64,000 bases of DNA from an uncultured Collinsella sp. (GTDB lineage Bacteria; Actinomycetota; Coriobacteriia; Coriobacteriales; Coriobacteriaceae). The notes under the pieces are model-generated. The model did not search any database. It saw nothing but the letters and a program-made list of their open reading frames with translations, and was not told the origin of the DNA. The number at the start of each line of letters is the position of its first letter. The stretch's first letter is position 1. The position numbers and the translations under genes were made by a program. The stretch covers positions 35,936 to 99,935 of the forward strand of contig CAJKHC010000009.1 of NCBI GenBank assembly GCA_905199605.1. Direction: 5' to 3'. Positions 29,180 through 38,736 of this stretch are shown piece by piece.

Positions 29180-30145
29180 CTACCTCCCCAGCGTCTTGCG
29201 CACGTCGGCAAGCACGTCGGCGATGTCGGCGCGAACGGCGAGCCCCCGATCCTCGATCGCGCGGGGGAGAAACTGCGTCTTGTTGTTTACGGCGATGTAG
29301 CTGGCCTGCGGTAACTGCGCCGTGAGGGCCCAGAACGGCTCCTGGATAAACGCGGGCGTCATGCGGCCCACACCCAGCTCGAGGAAGAGGATCCTCTGCC
29401 GTGCGTGCGCGTCGAGCCAGTCGGACACCTTGCGGTACTGCTCCTCGTAGAGTTCGCCCTGCAGGAAGTTGCCGTAGCCGCGAACCCAGGGGAACGCCTC
29501 TGCCCCGCAGTGCGGGCAGCGCGGCACGAGCTCTGTCGGAACCTCAAGGCCGTCTCCCATGGCCTCTACCATGCGGGAGACCGGCTCGACCGCATCCCAC
29601 ACCGCGTCGGTGCAACAGTGGGAGCACTGAAAGAAGCGGTGGTCGCCTTGGATCTCTGCCACTTTCTCCCAGGGATAGAGCTTCACAAACTGCGTGTCCT
29701 GGTTGGTGGTGAGCACGAAGAAATCCTTCTCGGCGATAATGGTGTCGAGGTCCCTGTAGGGCTTGCGCAGCGGGGCGTTGAGCGTGGTGTCGAGGAAGGT
29801 GGCGAGGTATCCCCAGCGCGCCTCGGCGGTGGGCCAGCGGTAGAACGACCCCTCGAAAGCGCCCTTGAAACCGTAGCGCTCGGCGAATTTGCCGAAATGC
29901 CTGCGATAGGTTGCGTTGTCCTCGTAATAGAAGTCGCCGCCGCCCGCCGCGGAGAGCCCAGAGGCCCCGCCCACCAGCACGCAATCGGCTTCCTCGATCA
30001 TGCGGGCGAAGTCCCTGATTTGCTGGTCGTAGGGCTCGGGCTCGCGGTCACTCAGCTCATAGGGCGTGCCGCCGCTGCGGTAGGCGGCCTGAAGGGAAAA
30101 CGATTGGTTGGTGAGCTCGATAACGAGCTGCTCGTACAGGGTCAC
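29180..30145 (-). CDS. Class M-like sirtuin (Sir2 family) with N-terminal extension
   Basis: GTG after GAAGG; GGASGLS, TTNQD, IQGD..FQCSHCC, CPHCG, LELGVGRMTP. Confidence 0.88.
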   Translation of the reverse strand: MTLYEQLVIELTNQSFSLQAAYRSGGTPYELSDREPEPYDQQIRDFARMIEEADCVLVGGASGLSAAGGGDFYYEDNATYRRHFGKFAERYGFKGAFEGSFYRWPTAEARWGYLATFLDTTLNAPLRKPYRDLDTIIAEKDFFVLTTNQDTQFVKLYPWEKVAEIQGDHRFFQCSHCCTDAVWDAVEPVSRMVEAMGDGLEVPTELVPRCPHCGAEAFPWVRGYGNFLQGELYEEQYRKVSDWLDAHARQRILFLELGVGRMTPAFIQEPFWALTAQLPQASYIAVNNKTQFLPRAIEDRGLAVRADIADVLADVRKTLGR

Positions 30146-30167
30146 TGGATACCTTCTTTCAGCTATT

Positions 30168-30183
30168 ATAAACAGGTGTCTAT
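30168..30183. promoter_or_regulatory. TetR operator candidate overlapping a TATAAT -10
   Basis: ATAAACA-GG-TGTCTAT imperfect palindrome, conserved at 26875-26890. Confidence 0.55.
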
Positions 30184-30288
30184 AAAAAGTATCCATGTCG
30201 ATTTGCTTAAGAGCAATGAACAGCTTCGGCCTGCTGTCGATAAACGAGCGTTTGCCGGGCATTGTCGAGCGTTGCAATTGGAGGGGTA

Positions 30289-30849
30289 ATGGAAGCGGGG
30301 AAGATCGATCGTCGCCGACGCTATACACTCTCGGTCATACGGGAGGCGTTCTTCGCGCTGCTGGCCGAGGTCGGCTTCGCGAAGATGACGGTAGCGGATA
30401 TTTGCCGCCGCGCCGATATCAACCGTGGCACGTTCTATCTGCACTACGAGGACAAGTTCGCCCTGCTCGACGCGCTTATCGACGAGGCCTTGGCGGCGGT
30501 GCCGCCGCTCGAGGGAACGGAGGCGGGTGCCCTCTGCCAGCGTCCGCCGGCAAACGATGACTATTATCTGCTCTACTCGGATGACGACGCGTACGCCCGG
30601 GTGGCACAGCGCGTCGTCGAGCGCGGCGCCGAGCAGATGGTTCCCTCGATCATGGAGGAGACTGGGCTTTCGCGCGAGGACGCCTATCTGCTCTTCGTCC
30701 ACAACGTCCAGGGAAATCTCGCGGTCAACCGCCTGCTCGGTTGGAGGCGAGGGCCCGAGTTTGCCCACGCTCAGGAGCTGCTCAGCGCCTATTCCGAAGG
30801 GGGCATGCGGGCGGTATCGGCTCGTCACGATCCTCGTAGCTCGTCTTGA
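30289..30849 (+). CDS. TetR/AcrR family transcriptional regulator
   Basis: DRRRRYT, MTVADICRRADINRGTFYLHYEDK HTH; GGAGG RBS. Confidence 0.92.
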   Translation: MEAGKIDRRRRYTLSVIREAFFALLAEVGFAKMTVADICRRADINRGTFYLHYEDKFALLDALIDEALAAVPPLEGTEAGALCQRPPANDDYYLLYSDDDAYARVAQRVVERGAEQMVPSIMEETGLSREDAYLLFVHNVQGNLAVNRLLGWRRGPEFAHAQELLSAYSEGGMRAVSARHDPRSSS

Positions 30850-31047
30850 CCGCATGTCATTTCAGGTAGGTGGCGTTGCTATGGGCCCTCTTTGATTTTC
30901 GACGTTGTATAAGGCAATCGCAATCGTCTTGAGCTTCTTTAGGGAACTTGAACAAGAGATATGGCCTGCTGGCGATTGATTAACACCATTCGTTTTGGTT
31001 ACAAGAAAGCATGCTGCGCGCCTGCAGCATGAGGGAGAGGGAATCCT

Positions 31048-31578
31048 ATGGATATCGTTGTATTGAGCGGCAGCCCGCGTAAGGGCGCTAATACCGATAC
31101 CATGGTCGAGGCGTTTGCCGAGACCGCGCGTGAGGGCGGCCATACGGTCGAGGTCATCCGCGTTGCCAGCAAGAAGATCGCCGGCTGCTTGGGATGCCAG
31201 TACTGCTTCGCCCATGAGGGCGTCTGCGTGCAGAAGGATGACATGGCCAACGTGATTGAGTCGCTGAAAGACACCGACATGGTTGTCTTCGCTTCGCCTA
31301 TCTACTGGTTTGATATCACTGCGCAGGAAAAGACCGCCATCGACCGCCTGTACGCCTTCGGTGCCACGGGATTCCCGTTCACCAAGACGGCCCTTTTACT
31401 CGATAGCCACAGCGAGGGTGTCTATGATGCGGCGATCGCTATGTACAAGTCAACCTGCGCGTACTGCAAGTGGGAGGACCAGGGCATTGTCACCATCAGC
31501 GGTATGACCGAGCGCGACAGCATGGCATCCTCGCCCAAGTTGAAAGAGGTGCGAGAGCTCGCTCGCAAGCTTGCCTAA
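31048..31578 (+). CDS. Flavodoxin-family / iron-sulfur flavoprotein
   Basis: GSPRKGANT, CLGCQYC..EGVC, ASPIYW, IDRLY. Confidence 0.88.
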   Translation: MDIVVLSGSPRKGANTDTMVEAFAETAREGGHTVEVIRVASKKIAGCLGCQYCFAHEGVCVQKDDMANVIESLKDTDMVVFASPIYWFDITAQEKTAIDRLYAFGATGFPFTKTALLLDSHSEGVYDAAIAMYKSTCAYCKWEDQGIVTISGMTERDSMASSPKLKEVRELARKLA

Positions 31579-31758
31579 GGACAAGAAGAACGCATGGCAA
31601 TCAGCGTTGGTGGAAATGCTTGCTGTCCTTACCGAGAGATAGGGGCGAATTCCCTCAAGTGCCGTATAGAACAATTATTAAACGCAGAAAAATAACTGAA
31701 AACAAATTAATCCGCGTTAAAATATTGTCAAACAGAAGTTCATGAGGGAAGGTTGAGC

Positions 31759-33048
31759 ATGCGTCGCAAGGCAGACGAGCTACTTAGGGAATGGCGAGAC
31801 AGAGCTGATAGAAAACCTTTGCTGGTCAAAGGCGTGCGCCAGTGTGGCAAGACCTATTTGCTCAGAACGTACGCCCAGGATCTTTTCGAATCGGTTGTCT
31901 ACGTTAATCTTGAGAACGACCGGTCGGCGCGAGCGGATTTTTCGGGCGGTCTTGACCCTCATTCGATTGTACGCGCGATCGAGGCTCGTACGGGACAGCG
32001 TATCGTGCCTGGCAAAACCTTACTGTTCATTGACGAGATCCAGGCATGCGAGGAAGCGCTCACTTCCCTTAAATACTTTTGCGAAGATGCTCCCGAGTAT
32101 TACGTTGCGGCTGCTGGGTCGCTTCTTGGGGTTGCCATTAACCATCAGTCGTATTCGTTCCCCGTCGGAAAGACCGACTTGATCGAGATGACTCCACTCG
32201 ATTTCGAGGAGTTTCTCTGGGCGATGGGGCACGATCAGCTGGTCGACGAGATACGCTCATCATTCGAGTTTATGGGTCCTCTTGCGCCAAGCCTTCATGA
32301 AAAGGCGCTTGGGCTCTATCGGCAGTATCTTGTTGTTGGCGGAATGCCCGAGGCGGTCCAAACGTACATCGATGATCAGTCAATCATTGATGTGGCCGAA
32401 AAGCATCGGATTATTCTCGACGGATACTCCGCCGACACTAATAAATATGCTGATGAGCGCTTGAGCGCAAAGACGCGTGCGTGCTTCGATTCCATTCCAC
32501 AGCAGCTTGCCAAAGAGAATCGTAAATTTCAATACAAGGTAGTGCGAGCGGGGGGCAATGCGTCTCTCTTTGGAGATGCTCTCGACTGGCTTGTATTGTC
32601 GGGTACGGTGGCGCGCTGCAGCCTAGTTGGGAAGATCGAAAGCCCTTTAGAGGCCTTCGTTAACCCTTCTGCTTTTAAAATCTATCAGGCGGATACAGGG
32701 CTGCTCGTCTCCAAGGCCGGTGCTCAACGCGCCGATATTCTTGCCGGCATCGGCGGCACATTCATGGGTGCACTTACCGAAAACTACGTCGCCCAACAGC
32801 TTTCAGCCATGGGCTATCCGCTGCATTATTGGGCGCGAGATAATCGTGCGGAAATCGACTTTGTAGTAGAGAAGCAGGGATGCTTGTCTGCGGTTGAAGT
32901 CAAGGCGGGAGAGAACACAAGATCTCGAAGCCTGTCCTCACTTAAAAAGACCCATCCGGGCGTGCGCCTTATCAGGCTATCGACTAAGCCCTTTGGAATG
33001 AATGATGGGCTTATGTCTGTTCCACTTTATGCGGCATTTTGTCTATAG
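31759..33048 (+). CDS. AAA_14 + DUF4143 ATP-binding protein
   Basis: GVRQCGKT, FIDEIQ, AAGSLLG, VGGMPE, EIDF...VEVKAG. Confidence 0.9.
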   Translation: MRRKADELLREWRDRADRKPLLVKGVRQCGKTYLLRTYAQDLFESVVYVNLENDRSARADFSGGLDPHSIVRAIEARTGQRIVPGKTLLFIDEIQACEEALTSLKYFCEDAPEYYVAAAGSLLGVAINHQSYSFPVGKTDLIEMTPLDFEEFLWAMGHDQLVDEIRSSFEFMGPLAPSLHEKALGLYRQYLVVGGMPEAVQTYIDDQSIIDVAEKHRIILDGYSADTNKYADERLSAKTRACFDSIPQQLAKENRKFQYKVVRAGGNASLFGDALDWLVLSGTVARCSLVGKIESPLEAFVNPSAFKIYQADTGLLVSKAGAQRADILAGIGGTFMGALTENYVAQQLSAMGYPLHYWARDNRAEIDFVVEKQGCLSAVEVKAGENTRSRSLSSLKKTHPGVRLIRLSTKPFGMNDGLMSVPLYAAFCL

Positions 33049-33070
33049 GGATGATGCTGGTGTAATGCAT

Positions 33071-33116
33071 GGAGCCCAGGGCGCAGCGTTTACTGCGCTC
33101 CGGGCCCCGCTGCTTT
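33071..33116. terminator. Hairpin between convergent genes
   Basis: GGAGCCC.GGGCGCAG...CTGCGCTC.GGGCCCC. Confidence 0.6.
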
Positions 33117-33147
33117 GTACAACCATGACGGTTTAGTCGCCGTTGTT

Positions 33148-35388
33148 TTAGTCAAACAAACTCGGCATGTCATTTTCCTTCATGAGGGCGCCGGCGGAGG
33201 GCAGGCTCTGCGCGGTGAACTTCTCGGCCGAGACGCCGGCGCCAAGAATCTCCTCGGTCGTGCCGACGGTGGTGACCGAGCGGCCCTTCTTGGCCGTAAA
33301 GGCCTGGACGCCCTGCGTGTTGGTGGTCGTCTTGGTCTTGAGCAACGACGTGTTGAAGTTCATCAGACGGTAGTCGCTCGAGACCAGCGCGAGGTCACGG
33401 TCCTCCTTGAGCACCTGCGCATACAGCAGCTTGCTGCCGCCGTAGATGGCGTTCTTAAGGCGCTTGCGGTTGGTCTTGGTGACGTATCCGGCAAGCGCGA
33501 CGCGCACCACGCGGCCGTTCTCAAAGACAAACAGCACGTCGGCCTTGTAATCCTCGGGGTCGATGACCCAGATGACGCTCTCGTCGGGTTCCATCTCAAG
33601 ATCGGTCGGCAGGTACGAGCCCAGCTGGGCCGACTTGGTGTCCTCAAACGCTGCAACCCTGCACTTGTACACCTGGCTCTTGTTGGTAAAGACCAGCAGC
33701 TCGTGGGTGTTGGAGGACGGGAACTCGATAAAGGGTTTGTCGCCATCCTTGTACTTGAGCGTGGTCGCCTTCTTGAGCACGCGGTCCGTCATCTTCTTAA
33801 GGTAGCCATCGCGCGAGAGCATGATGGTGACCGGGTACTCCTCGACCTCGGGCTCCAAGCTTACCTCGATAACCTCATGGGGCTCGATCCTGCCCGTGCG
33901 GCGCGGCATCACGTACTTCTTATTGACCGCGGCCAGCTCGTCGCTGATGACCTTCTTGATGTTCTCCTCGCTGGAGAGGATCTCCTCGAGCTCGGCAATC
34001 TCGCCCTCAAGCTTGGCAATGTCTTTGGTGCGGTTGAGGATGTACTCTTCGTTGATGTTGCGGAGCTTGAGCTCGGCAACAAACTCGGCCTGGGTCTCGT
34101 CGATGTCGAAACCCTTCATAAGGTTGGGCACGACCTCGGCCTCGAGCTTGGTGCCGCGGATGATGGCGATGGCCTTGTCGATGTCGAGCAGGATCGCCTC
34201 AAGGCCGTGCAGCAGGTGCAGGCGCTCAGACTTTTTGCCCAGGTCAAAGTTGATGCGGCGACGCGTGGACTCAATACGCCACTTGACCCACTCGTGCAGG
34301 ATCTGGCGCACGCCCATAACGCGAGGGTAACCATCGACCAGTACGTTGAAGTTGCACGAGAACGAATCCTGCAGCGTGGTCGAGCGATAGAGCTTCGCCA
34401 TGAGCTTGTCGGGGTCGACGCCGCGCTTAAGGTCGATAGCGATGCGCAGACCCGAAAGGTCGGTCTCATCGCGAATGTCTGCGATCTCCTTGACCTTGCC
34501 CTCCTTGGAGAGCTTGACGATGCGCTCGATGATGACATCGGTCTTGGTGGTGTAGGGGATCTCGTAGACCTCGATGATGCGCTCTTCGGGAATCCAGCGC
34601 CAGCGGGAGCGGATTTGGAAGCTGCCAAGGCCGGTCTCGACGATCTTCTCCATTTCCTCGCGGCGGTAGATGATCTCGCCGCCGGTGGAGAAATCGGGCA
34701 TGGGCATGTACTCGAGCAGGTCGCAGTTGGGATCCTGCAGGTAGTGCATGGTGGCGGTGCAGACCTCGTTGAGGTTGAAACCGCAGATATCGGATGCCAT
34801 GGCGACGCCGATGCCCTTGTTGGCCGAGACAAGGATGTTGGGGAACGTGGTGGGCAGCAGACGCGGCTCCTTCATGGCACCATCGTAGCTGTCGACGAAG
34901 TCGACCGGGTCCTTGTCGATGTCTTTGAAGATCTCGGCGCTGATGGGGGAGAGCTTGGCTTCGGTATAACGCGAGGCGGCGTAGCTCAGGTCGCCCGAAT
35001 AGTACTTGCCAAAGTTGCCCTTCGACTCCACGAAGGGGGCAAGCAGCGCTTCGTTACCCGTCGCCAGGCGCACCATCGTCTCGTAGATCGCGGCGTCGCC
35101 GTGCGGGTTGAGCTTCATGGTCTGACCCACGATGTTGGCGCTCTTCTGGCGCTCGCCCTTGAGCAGACCCATCTTGTACATAGTGTAGAGCAGCTTGCGA
35201 TGCGAGGGCTTAAAGCCGTCGATCTCGGGGAATGCACGCGAGACGTTGACGCTCATGGCGTAGGGCATGTAGTTGACCTCGAGCGTCTGCGTGATTGGCT
35301 GATCGGTGACCTCGGAGTGCAGGCCGATGACGTTCTCGGCGTTGACCTGCTTTTTCTTTGGCTGGTTCTTCGTCTTCTTCTTTGCCAC
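33148..35388 (-). CDS. Type IIA topoisomerase subunit A (ParC/GyrA family, no GyrA-box)
   Basis: YAMSV..SRA, DGFKP, NPHGD, catalytic ASRYTEAKL; short CTD lacking QxRGGKG. Confidence 0.92.
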   Translation of the reverse strand: MAKKKTKNQPKKKQVNAENVIGLHSEVTDQPITQTLEVNYMPYAMSVNVSRAFPEIDGFKPSHRKLLYTMYKMGLLKGERQKSANIVGQTMKLNPHGDAAIYETMVRLATGNEALLAPFVESKGNFGKYYSGDLSYAASRYTEAKLSPISAEIFKDIDKDPVDFVDSYDGAMKEPRLLPTTFPNILVSANKGIGVAMASDICGFNLNEVCTATMHYLQDPNCDLLEYMPMPDFSTGGEIIYRREEMEKIVETGLGSFQIRSRWRWIPEERIIEVYEIPYTTKTDVIIERIVKLSKEGKVKEIADIRDETDLSGLRIAIDLKRGVDPDKLMAKLYRSTTLQDSFSCNFNVLVDGYPRVMGVRQILHEWVKWRIESTRRRINFDLGKKSERLHLLHGLEAILLDIDKAIAIIRGTKLEAEVVPNLMKGFDIDETQAEFVAELKLRNINEEYILNRTKDIAKLEGEIAELEEILSSEENIKKVISDELAAVNKKYVMPRRTGRIEPHEVIEVSLEPEVEEYPVTIMLSRDGYLKKMTDRVLKKATTLKYKDGDKPFIEFPSSNTHELLVFTNKSQVYKCRVAAFEDTKSAQLGSYLPTDLEMEPDESVIWVIDPEDYKADVLFVFENGRVVRVALAGYVTKTNRKRLKNAIYGGSKLLYAQVLKEDRDLALVSSDYRLMNFNTSLLKTKTTTNTQGVQAFTAKKGRSVTTVGTTEEILGAGVSAEKFTAQSLPSAGALMKENDMPSLFD

Positions 35389-35433
35389 GATTTCCTCTTG
35401 AACTTCTTATGGGCCGTCGTTATCGATTTGCTG

Positions 35434-37431
35434 CTATTGCAGGTCCAGCTGGTCCAGGTATTCCTTGCCGTGCTCGGAGATATGGCGCTTGCGGCCTGCC
35501 TCGTCGTTGCCCAGCAACAGGTTGAACATGTTTTCCATCTTGGTGACGTCCTCGGGCTCCACCTTGATCAGGCGACGCGTCTCGGGGTTCATGGTGGTGA
35601 GCCACATCATGTCCGGATTGTTCTCACCAAGACCCTTGGAGCGGTTGATGGAGCACTTCTGGTCGCCGATCTCCTTGAGGATGCCGTTCTTCTCGAGCTC
35701 GGTGTAGGCAAAGTAGGTCTTCTCTTTGCAGTTGATCTCGTAGAGCGGCGACTCGGCGATATACACGTAGCCCTCGTCGATAAGTGTGGGCACCAGGCGG
35801 TAGAGCATGGTGAGCACGAGCGTGCGGATGTGGTAGCCGTCGACGTCGGCGTCCGTACAGATGATGACCTTGTTCCAGTTGAGGTTGTCCAGGTCAAAGG
35901 CACCAAGGTTCTTGATGCGCTTGTCCTTGATCTCCACGCCGCAGCCCAGCACGCGCATAAGGTCCATGATGATGTCGGACTTAAAGATGCGCGGGTAGTC
36001 CTCCTTCAGGCAGTTGAGGATCTTGCCGCGGACGGGCATAACACCCTGGAACTCGGCGTCGCGCGACGTGCGGATGGCGCCTGCTGCCGAGTCGCCCTCT
36101 ACGATGTAGATCTCGCGACGGTTCTTGTCCTTGGAGCGGCAGTCGATGAACTTCTGCACGCGGTTGGCCATGTCGGTCTTTTGCTGCAGGTTGGTCTTGA
36201 TGCTCTGGCGCGTCTTTTCGGCATTCTCACGCGAGCGCTTGTTGATGAGCACCTGCTCCACAATCTTGTTGGCGGCGTCTTTGTTCTCGATCAAATAGGT
36301 CGAGAGACGCTCCTTAAAGAAGGCGGTCATGGCCTGCTGGATAAAGCGGTTATTGATAGCCTTCTTGGTCTGGTTTTCGTAGGACGTCTGGGTGGAGAAG
36401 CAGTTGGTCACCAGTACCAGGCAGTCCTGGACGTCCTGCCATTTGATGCCGCTCTCGTTTTTGTTGTACTTGCCCTGTTGCTTGATGTAGGCGTCGATGG
36501 CGCTGGTCAGAGCACTGCGGGCCGCCTTCTCGGGCGAACCGCCGTTCTCGAGCCAGGAGGAATTGTGGTAGTACTCCTGCATCATGAAAGTGCGCGAGAA
36601 GCACATGCAAGCAGTGATTTTTACGTTGTAATCGGGCAGGTCCTCGCGATCGCGACCGCGACGGTCGGCCTCGATAAAGAAGGGCTCGGTAAGGTAGTCG
36701 GTACCGACCTTCTCGAGCACGTAGTCCTCGATGCCCTTGGGATAGCAAAAATCCTCTTCGGAAAACTCGCCATCGTCGCCCTCGATGCGCAGGCGGAAGG
36801 TCACGTTGGCGTTGACCACGGCCTGACGGCGCATGGTCTCGCGATACCAGTCGTGGGGAATGCTAATCGAGGTAAAGACCTCAAGATCGGGGCGCCACTT
36901 GATGGTGGTGCCGGTGCGGTTCTCGTCGCTGGGCTCAATCTCGAGTGCCTTCTTCTTGGCGCCGACGACCTTGCCTTTCTTAAAGTGCAGGGAGTACTTG
37001 TTGCCGTCGCGCCAGACGGTGACGTCCATGTACTCGGAAGCGTACTGGGTCGCGCACGAGCCCAGGCCGTTGGTGCCGAGCGAGAAGTCGTAGTCGCCGC
37101 CCTGGTTGTTGTTGTACTTGCCGCCGGCGTAGAGCTCGCAGAAGACGAGCTCCCAGTTAAAGCGCTTCTCGGAAGGGTTCCAGTCGAGCGGGCAGCCACG
37201 GCCATTGTCCTCTACCTGAATGGAACCATCGCGAAAGGCGGTAAGGGTGATGAGCTTGCCGTAGCCCTGGCGCGCCTCGTCAACGGCGTTGGACAGGATC
37301 TCGAAGGCGGCATGCGCGCAGCCGTCGAGTCCGTCCGAGCCAAAGATAACGGCGGGGCGCAGGCGTACGCGCTCCTCGTCCTTGAGCTGACGAATACTGT
37401 CGTTACCATAGTTTGCGGTGTTTTTTGCCAT
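35434..37431 (-). CDS. Type IIA topoisomerase subunit B (ParE/GyrB family)
   Basis: EILSNAVDE, DNGRG, EGDSA, PVRGKILN, TDADVDG, KGLGE. Confidence 0.93.
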   Translation of the reverse strand: MAKNTANYGNDSIRQLKDEERVRLRPAVIFGSDGLDGCAHAAFEILSNAVDEARQGYGKLITLTAFRDGSIQVEDNGRGCPLDWNPSEKRFNWELVFCELYAGGKYNNNQGGDYDFSLGTNGLGSCATQYASEYMDVTVWRDGNKYSLHFKKGKVVGAKKKALEIEPSDENRTGTTIKWRPDLEVFTSISIPHDWYRETMRRQAVVNANVTFRLRIEGDDGEFSEEDFCYPKGIEDYVLEKVGTDYLTEPFFIEADRRGRDREDLPDYNVKITACMCFSRTFMMQEYYHNSSWLENGGSPEKAARSALTSAIDAYIKQQGKYNKNESGIKWQDVQDCLVLVTNCFSTQTSYENQTKKAINNRFIQQAMTAFFKERLSTYLIENKDAANKIVEQVLINKRSRENAEKTRQSIKTNLQQKTDMANRVQKFIDCRSKDKNRREIYIVEGDSAAGAIRTSRDAEFQGVMPVRGKILNCLKEDYPRIFKSDIIMDLMRVLGCGVEIKDKRIKNLGAFDLDNLNWNKVIICTDADVDGYHIRTLVLTMLYRLVPTLIDEGYVYIAESPLYEINCKEKTYFAYTELEKNGILKEIGDQKCSINRSKGLGENNPDMMWLTTMNPETRRLIKVEPEDVTKMENMFNLLLGNDEAGRKRHISEHGKEYLDQLDLQ

Positions 37432-37529
37432 GCTCGCTCTCTCGATGCTCCTTTGCTGCGTTGTAGTCATATAGATAGTCAAGGTAGCATAGCCCAGGCC
37501 TCGGACGATTCCAACTAACACGAATTCCA

Positions 37530-37545
37530 TCGAACGCGCGTTCGG
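37530..37545. promoter_or_regulatory. LexA-like SOS box
   Basis: TCGAACGCGCGTTCGG matches the Gram-positive CGAAC-N4-GTTCG consensus. Confidence 0.6.
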
Positions 37546-37665
37546 AGTCGGTGACCTTTAGCTTCTGCGGTCATTCCCTGCGCGGCGTGGTGCTCGTGTT
37601 AAAACCGTGGCTTATCGGCTGGTAGAATTGCCGCATCAAGACTGCATGTTGTTTGAGGGGGCGCA

Positions 37666-38226
37666 ATGACTGAGAAAGAGAAGATGGAGCGCGGGGAGTG
37701 GCATGATGCCAACTTTGACGAGGAGCTCCTGGCGCAACGCGCAAAGGCGGAGGCGCTCTGCTATGACTTTAATATGGCAAAACCCGGAAGCGACGCGCAG
37801 CTTGACGCTTTGAAATCCTTGCTCGATACCGATCTTCCGCAAGGGCTGACGGTCCTTTCGCCTGCCTACTTTGACTACGGGAGCAAGACGAGCTTTGGTG
37901 AGGGCTGCTTTGTAAACCATGGCTGCTACTTTATGGACGGCGGCTCTATCACCTTTGGTGGCAACGTGTTTATCGGGCCGTTTTGCGGCTTCTACACCGC
38001 TTCGCACCCCCTAAAGGCAAAGGACCGCAACTTGGGTCTCGAGAAGGCTCTGCCTATTGTTGTAGGCGATAACTGCTGGTTTGGCGCGAACGTATCCGTG
38101 TTGCAGGGGGTTACCATCGGCAGCGGTTGCGTAATTGCCGCGGGCAGCGTCGTGACGGAAGACCTTCCGGACAACGTGGTGGCGGCAGGCGTTCCCGCGG
38201 TCGTCAAGAAGATCATCGAACAATAA
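37666..38226 (+). CDS. Sugar O-acetyltransferase (maltose O-acetyltransferase family)
   Basis: MTEKEKM, DYG, hexapeptide repeats, IAAGSVVT...GVPA. Confidence 0.9.
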   Translation: MTEKEKMERGEWHDANFDEELLAQRAKAEALCYDFNMAKPGSDAQLDALKSLLDTDLPQGLTVLSPAYFDYGSKTSFGEGCFVNHGCYFMDGGSITFGGNVFIGPFCGFYTASHPLKAKDRNLGLEKALPIVVGDNCWFGANVSVLQGVTIGSGCVIAAGSVVTEDLPDNVVAAGVPAVVKKIIEQ

Positions 38227-38407
38227 CGGAGCTATTAAACGATGGGGCACGCATGGTTCCGGCAAATCCGGTTATTGGCGTGCGCGTTGGCCATGCTGAT
38301 AAGTCCCACTTACTCGGGTCCTTCCGACTCGGTTTTGTCCGAGTAAGATTGAATAGCGAATCGAAATTGTTATGTCCACATGGCGATGGCGGACATGGTT
38401 TCCATAA

Positions 38408-38478
38408 TGACAGATATAGTTGACATCTTGTGAAGGATGCAATATATTTCTGTCATGTTGCAACGGATATCTGTCCAT
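38408..38478 (+). promoter_or_regulatory. Promoter with three imperfect operator repeats
   Basis: TGACAGATATAGTTGACA, TGCAATATATTTCTGTCA, TGCAACGGATATCTGTCC upstream of the XRE gene. Confidence 0.5.
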
Positions 38479-38496
38479 TACTACGAAAGGAACTCC

Positions 38497-38727
38497 ATGC
38501 CGGGCAAAAAGAACCTACGCATGAAGGCGGCACGCGCGGCGGCTGGCCTTTCGCAAGCTGACTTAGCCCAAGCCGTGGGCGTTACGCGCCAAACCATCGG
38601 CCTTATCGAGGCGGGCGGCTACAACCCCACGCTCAATTTGTGCGTGGCAATCTGTAAGGCGCTGCGCGTTACGTTGAACGACTTGTTTTGGGAAGACGAA
38701 ACCGACGCCGACCCTAATGCTCTTTAG
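38497..38727 (+). CDS. XRE-family HTH regulator
   Basis: LSQADLAQAVGVTRQTIGLIEAGGYNPTL; GAAAGGA RBS. Confidence 0.9.
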   Translation: MPGKKNLRMKAARAAAGLSQADLAQAVGVTRQTIGLIEAGGYNPTLNLCVAICKALRVTLNDLFWEDETDADPNAL

Positions 38728-38736
38728 GAGTTCACT

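Noticed and set aside
27642..30145. Anti-phage SIR2 NADase system (Thoeris/DSR/Sir2-HerA type)
   Set aside because: Motifs are class M-like (QG, Zn cysteines, ELGVG..TP) and no TIR, HerA or pAgo partner is present; a defence role is not excluded but is unsupported
12510..33100. Intact ICE/prophage
   Set aside because: No integrase, relaxase, conjugation or phage structural genes seen
33115..37518. 1467-aa plus-strand ORF (and similar long antisense ORFs at 10867-12639, 52950-54566, 2180-3229)
   Set aside because: Shadow frames opposite well-supported genes, expected from high GC3 codon bias
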